Notes under the pieces: model-generated
Told to the model about the DNA's origin: nothing
What the model saw: only the letters and a program-made list of their open reading frames with translations
Database searches by the model: none
Assembly: GCA_964035545.1 (NCBI GenBank)
Contig: OZ037765.1
Location: forward strand, 30,441,504-30,505,503
Length of the DNA stretch: 64,000 nt
Reading direction: 5' to 3'
DNA from: Bugula neritina
Lineage: Eukaryota > Animalia > Bryozoa
In this document: piece by piece, positions 59,659 through 64,000 of the stretch
Position numbering within the stretch: the stretch's first letter is position 1
Layout of the letters: each line of letters opens with the position of its first letter
Position numbers and translations under genes: made by a program

Positions 59659-61810
59659 CTATTTCTTTTTTGTACCTAAAAAGAAATTTAGAGAGTATAA
59701 GAATAGAAAAGTAGACAATATTACTAAATAGAAACTGAAAAGTACCTAGTAACAATGTATAAAATGTTTAACTTTCATTCACAAACAAACGTGATGAATC
59801 AAATACAATGGCAAGTTTTGTCATCTCATCGCATCAAATAATAACAGTTTAAATTATTATTTTTGCATAAACCATTTCATGACTAAGCACTATAAACTAA
59901 AAAATATAAAAACTCTGATGACAAAAATATCATGAAGTATAGCTGTTGCAAATCTTTAAATTTTGAAGTTAACTGCTAAGGGAAAGTAACCAAGTTGCAA
60001 CAAAGAATTTTCTTCTCAATGAAAATCTAGTCTACAACCAAATAAAAACCTACAGCGCTTGACTCTATTACAAAATTAGTTACTTTAGAGTAATCATTAC
60101 CAGCCTACATTGCACATGGCAAATTTACAGTTTAAACACTTACTTAATGGTCCTTTCTTTCCAGCAGCTGCTTTCATTTCAGCCAACTTTCTTGCGTCAT
60201 CTTTTTGTTTTTCCTTAAATGCTTTGTCATTTTCCTACAGCAAAGACATATAAGTAATGGAAAACTAGTAAACATTTTAAAAATCTTCAAACAATCAATA
60301 TTTTAAAAACATTTACGCTTTTCTTGAAAAAACATTTTATACATTATAATGTCATGCACTGGAACTGTGCTACCCAACATTCAAGTTTGAAAGTAAATTG
60401 GAATAACAGAAAACATGAGTTTAGTTAGCATGTTATATAAAAACATTAAATAATTGAAAAAAAGTTCTCTTTACCGACTTGAAAGGAAAGTTATACTAGA
60501 TAAAAGTTGGCCACCAATAACATATACATACATCTTCAAAACCATCGCCTTGCTTTTTTGGCTGCTTTAATGGCTTCTTTTTTCCACCTAAAATAACGCA
60601 ATGAAATGTAGTTTTTACATTTAAAACTATGCCTATATTATAATTCCTCTAAAAAAACTCACTCACTCACGCACGCAAGTTTATAATCGTTATCCCTGTG
60701 AGAAACCTCTGATAGAAAGGGTTTTTGTTAAATTGGGCTAAGGACTTATTTAGATGAGGCACAGGAGCAATTATGACTGGATACTCTTCCTAAAATCACC
60801 AATGACCTTTGTCGGGGTTTGAACCCATGACTTCGTGTTCACAAAGCAAACACTCTAACCAGTAGACCACGGCTACTCCCTGAAAGTGTGTGGCAATTTA
60901 ACAGACAAAATAAATGGAAAAATATAGACCAACTAATGTGTTCATGCATGTTCACAAACCTAAAAAAGTTATGTAAAAACAATCCATTATAACAATTATT
61001 ACTAATAACCCCATCTAATCATTTAATTAGCTGCTGCTGCTACCTATTTTCTACTCTTCAGAGGCATACTATTCAAGCTCTTTTGTCATCCAAAACACCT
61101 TTTCATTTTGCATTTTAAAAAAACAAATTTAACTAGCACAGAGTTTAGCACACTTGAAAAAACAGTGAGCAATGATAAAAAATGCAATTACGGTACCATT
61201 TAACCTTAAAATGTTATTAAGTTTTCTAAATTTATGGGACACTTTGGCTATTCGGCTTCTTCATCATGTACATATTCGAAGTAGATTCTTTAATTGTTAA
61301 ATGTAGTTTTCTGTTTTACAGGCTGATGTGATAGTTTGCAAAAGAGATCCAATGCAAATTTTTAAATTGAAGTTGCTAAATGTAAATGTAAATGTAAATT
61401 AGAATCTAACTCAGTAATTTAAAATCGCTCCAAACACAACTTTAAGCTTGAAATAAAATTAAATCATAATTAATACTAATACTAATAGTATTCACTTATT
61501 GATATACCAATACTAATACTAATAGTAATAGTAATACTAATACTATTACTATTAGTATTACTATTAGTATTAATATTACTATTACTATTAGTAATAGTAA
61601 TACTAAAAGTACATCTAAGACTAAGTCTAATACTGTAATAGTAATAGTAATACTAATGGTATTACTAATAATAATAGTATTAGTGAGTAATACTAATAGT
61701 AATACTTAGTCTTATGATTATCATTATGATTCAACAACATCAACATCAACATGGAACAGAAATTTAAATTCAACATCGTTTTGCTGAAGCATACCTGCTC
61801 TTCCAGACAT
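59659..61810 (-). CDS. TMA7: Translation machinery-associated protein 7; 4 exons, 59 aa
   Basis: Exons 61795-61810, 60532-60587, 60144-60234 and 59659-59675 (last exon less certain) give [59 protein letters not shown]. Absent from the ORF track. Confidence 0.9.
60657..60881 (-). mobile_element. tRNA-derived SINE, copy 3, in TMA7 intron 1
   Basis: Aligns with copies 1 and 2; A box TGGTCTACTGG, B box GGTTCAAACCC, (GTGA)n-like tail. Confidence 0.85.
61470..61750. repeat. Degenerate ACTAAT/AGTAAT tract in TMA7 intron 1
   Basis: Begins within about 50-100 bp of the first donor (61794). Confidence 0.75.
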
Positions 61811-62537
61811 AGTATGAGTATCAATTTAACAGTAGAAAACGTCAAATTATTGTTAGTACTTCGACAGTTGGTGGCAATGAAACCTGAATAAGAAATAGTC
61901 TATCAACGAGAAATGTGAAGAAACTCGTCACTTGGAAAAGAATGGAGAGAGAAGCGAGAGATAAAGTTGGGTTGTTGTACGAAGTCTAAGTCTTTTCATT
62001 ATACGTTGAGCGAGCGATCATATACGCCCATCGAAAACTTATTATGCTAAATGTCGCAAAAAGCCATCAAGGCTAACCTAATAGATGCACGCTCTATGGT
62101 TCAGTACTACTACTAGTAGTAGTAAAAGTAGGTATTATTTGTAACATCATCATCATGGTGATGAGTGACCATGATCATCCTTGCTTATAGTTATTAATTT
62201 TTAGTCAAATGCTGACATTTTTAATGCAAATTTATTTTTTGAGTTTTGTCAAATATAATTTTTTTTACTCAAATTTGTAAACTCACTATTGACTAAAGCT
62301 CATGAGTCATGAGTCATGAATGATGAATTCCAATCTCAATCTGCAAAAAGACCCATGTTCTACAAGTTGAAGTACAAGTAGTAGTACAAACTCAAAGCCA
62401 AATGCTGAACTAATTTTAATGATTATATTAATATTGCATCAGTTTTTAAGTATTGGTAATCATCCGTTAGATTTTTTGTTGTTTTAACTTTAAGTCAATC
62501 ACAATGTCATGCTGATGCTATGCTGATTCTTTAAAGG
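61811..62537. promoter_or_regulatory. Probable bidirectional promoter region shared by TMA7 and OSGEPL1
   Basis: Head-to-head start codons separated by 727 bp; local CpG enrichment at about 61860-62090. Promoter function is inferred from position only. Confidence 0.55.
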
Positions 62538-63525
62538 ATGTTCAAGTACAGCTTAAAGTTAAGGTATTTAACTTTAAGGTATAAATTAAAATTCAACAGT
62601 CATCGTGGTCTTCATACTGTTCTGGGAATTGAATCTAGTTGTGACGATACAGGCGTGGCAGTAGTCAACAGCAAGAAGCAAATTCTTGGTGAATCACTTC
62701 ATAATCAAGGCAGAGCTCATAGAGAGTAGGTTTGTTATTGTATATAATCAACTTCATTGGCTATTTAAGTCAGCCATTATCAATCTTATTGCAAATCAAC
62801 ACACTTGTCATTTCGAGTTTTGAAGTGTTTCCAGTTGTATGTATGTTATCCGTTTGTTAGATTTGGAGGCATCATTCCTACACTTGCTCGGGATTTTCAT
62901 CAACAGAACATAGATGGGCTGGTGTCGGATGCTTTAAAGCAAGCTGAACTGAATATCCAAGTATGTTTTAGCTATTATAACTCATTCAAACCTGCAAGTG
63001 TTTTCTCCATTTTAGTAAGTCTATTTTTTATCATGCTGAAAGTTGTGAAACATTTAAATTGAACTCAATCTAACTTTTCTTCTTCTATAGGTTCTTCATT
63101 TTATTATTAGTTATATTTTTCTCTTTCTTCAGCTCAATATAGTATTTGGAAACATCTTTAGTTTTCTGGAGCAGTTTTAGTCAGTCATAAATTTTGTTGA
63201 ATTGTTCAGGATGTTGATGCTATAGCTGTCAGTGTAAAACCTGGACTTACACTGTCTTTGCTAGTTGGCCTTGAGCATGCCAAGGTGCTGTGTCATCAAC
63301 ACAAGTGAGTCAAATCTATTTCTAGTCATTCATCCGATTTTTTGTTGCCTCGTATTTTAATATGACCTTCACACCTTTGTTGCAACTAACTAAAAAATTA
63401 ATCATAATTCTTTGTTCAATTTACTAAATGAGAGTCATGTTTAGGACGTTGTATATTTGCATGGCAACCCAATAAAATCTTTTTACTGATTATTAACGTG
63501 TAATAAATTGTAAATTATTTCCGCA

Positions 63526-63560
<35 letters not shown>

Positions 63561-63670
63561 TGCAACGCAATGTTTACACATATTATTGTGTAATTTGTCT
63601 GGTTTAGGAAAACTTTAATTCCTATTCACCATATGGAAGCTCATGCTTTGACTGCAAGACTTTCAAATCA
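62538..63670 (+). CDS. OSGEPL1: Mitochondrial tRNA N6-adenosine threonylcarbamoyltransferase, 5' part (continues past the window)
   Basis: Exons 62538-62725, 62861-62960, 63210-63304, 63608-63670. Basic targeting-like N-terminus, VLGIESSCDDTGVAVV, FGGIIP, AIAVSVKPGL and the metal-binding IHHMEAHALT motif. Confidence 0.94.
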
Positions 63671-64000
63671 GTAAGTTTGCTTCCTTTAACTTACTTATAA
63701 CTTTTTTTAATTTGTAAATCTTTAGCTTGGTGTTGTTTAAACATTACTTAAACATGTCAGAGTTATAGTAATCATTTGATATTTTGTAATTTTGTGTTTC
63801 AACAGTGTCATTTCTTGACATGATTCCTCATTTAGAACATTTTTTTCTTTAATGAATGAGAAAATTTTGGTATATGGAAACCAAACAGAGTTTTTGTCCC
63901 AATTTTCTATTTTAATAACGCTAAAGTTCATAATTGTAATACAATTATAATACATACTTCAAAAACATTACTGAATTTTTAAATTAAGTTACTTGAAATT

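Overview
AT-rich, intron-rich invertebrate animal genomic DNA; the taxon cannot be fixed from the sequence alone. I assembled these gene models by hand from GT-AG junctions and phase continuity: the 3' end of an uncharacterised gene (+); a complete 19-exon LRP5/6 (arrow) Wnt co-receptor (-, 1637 aa); cathepsin Z (-, 303 aa); two tandem intact VPS4 paralogues (+, 440 and ~435 aa); ARHGAP19-like RhoGAP (-); an orphan 116-aa single-pass membrane ORF (-); TMA7 (-); and the 5' part of OSGEPL1 (+). The LRP5/6 introns carry an intact hAT transposon with a perfect 8-bp TSD, a ~2.1-kb foldback palindrome, a Harbinger-type MITE, tRNA-Thr-derived SINEs and several minisatellites. The most unusual signals are: (i) degenerate 3/6-periodic A[CG]TANN tracts next to the 5' ends of six genes; (ii) a possible TMA7 splice whose stop codon overlaps the ATG of the orphan membrane ORF; (iii) a minisatellite built from a splice-acceptor junction; (iv) patchy apparent gene conversion between the VPS4 copies.
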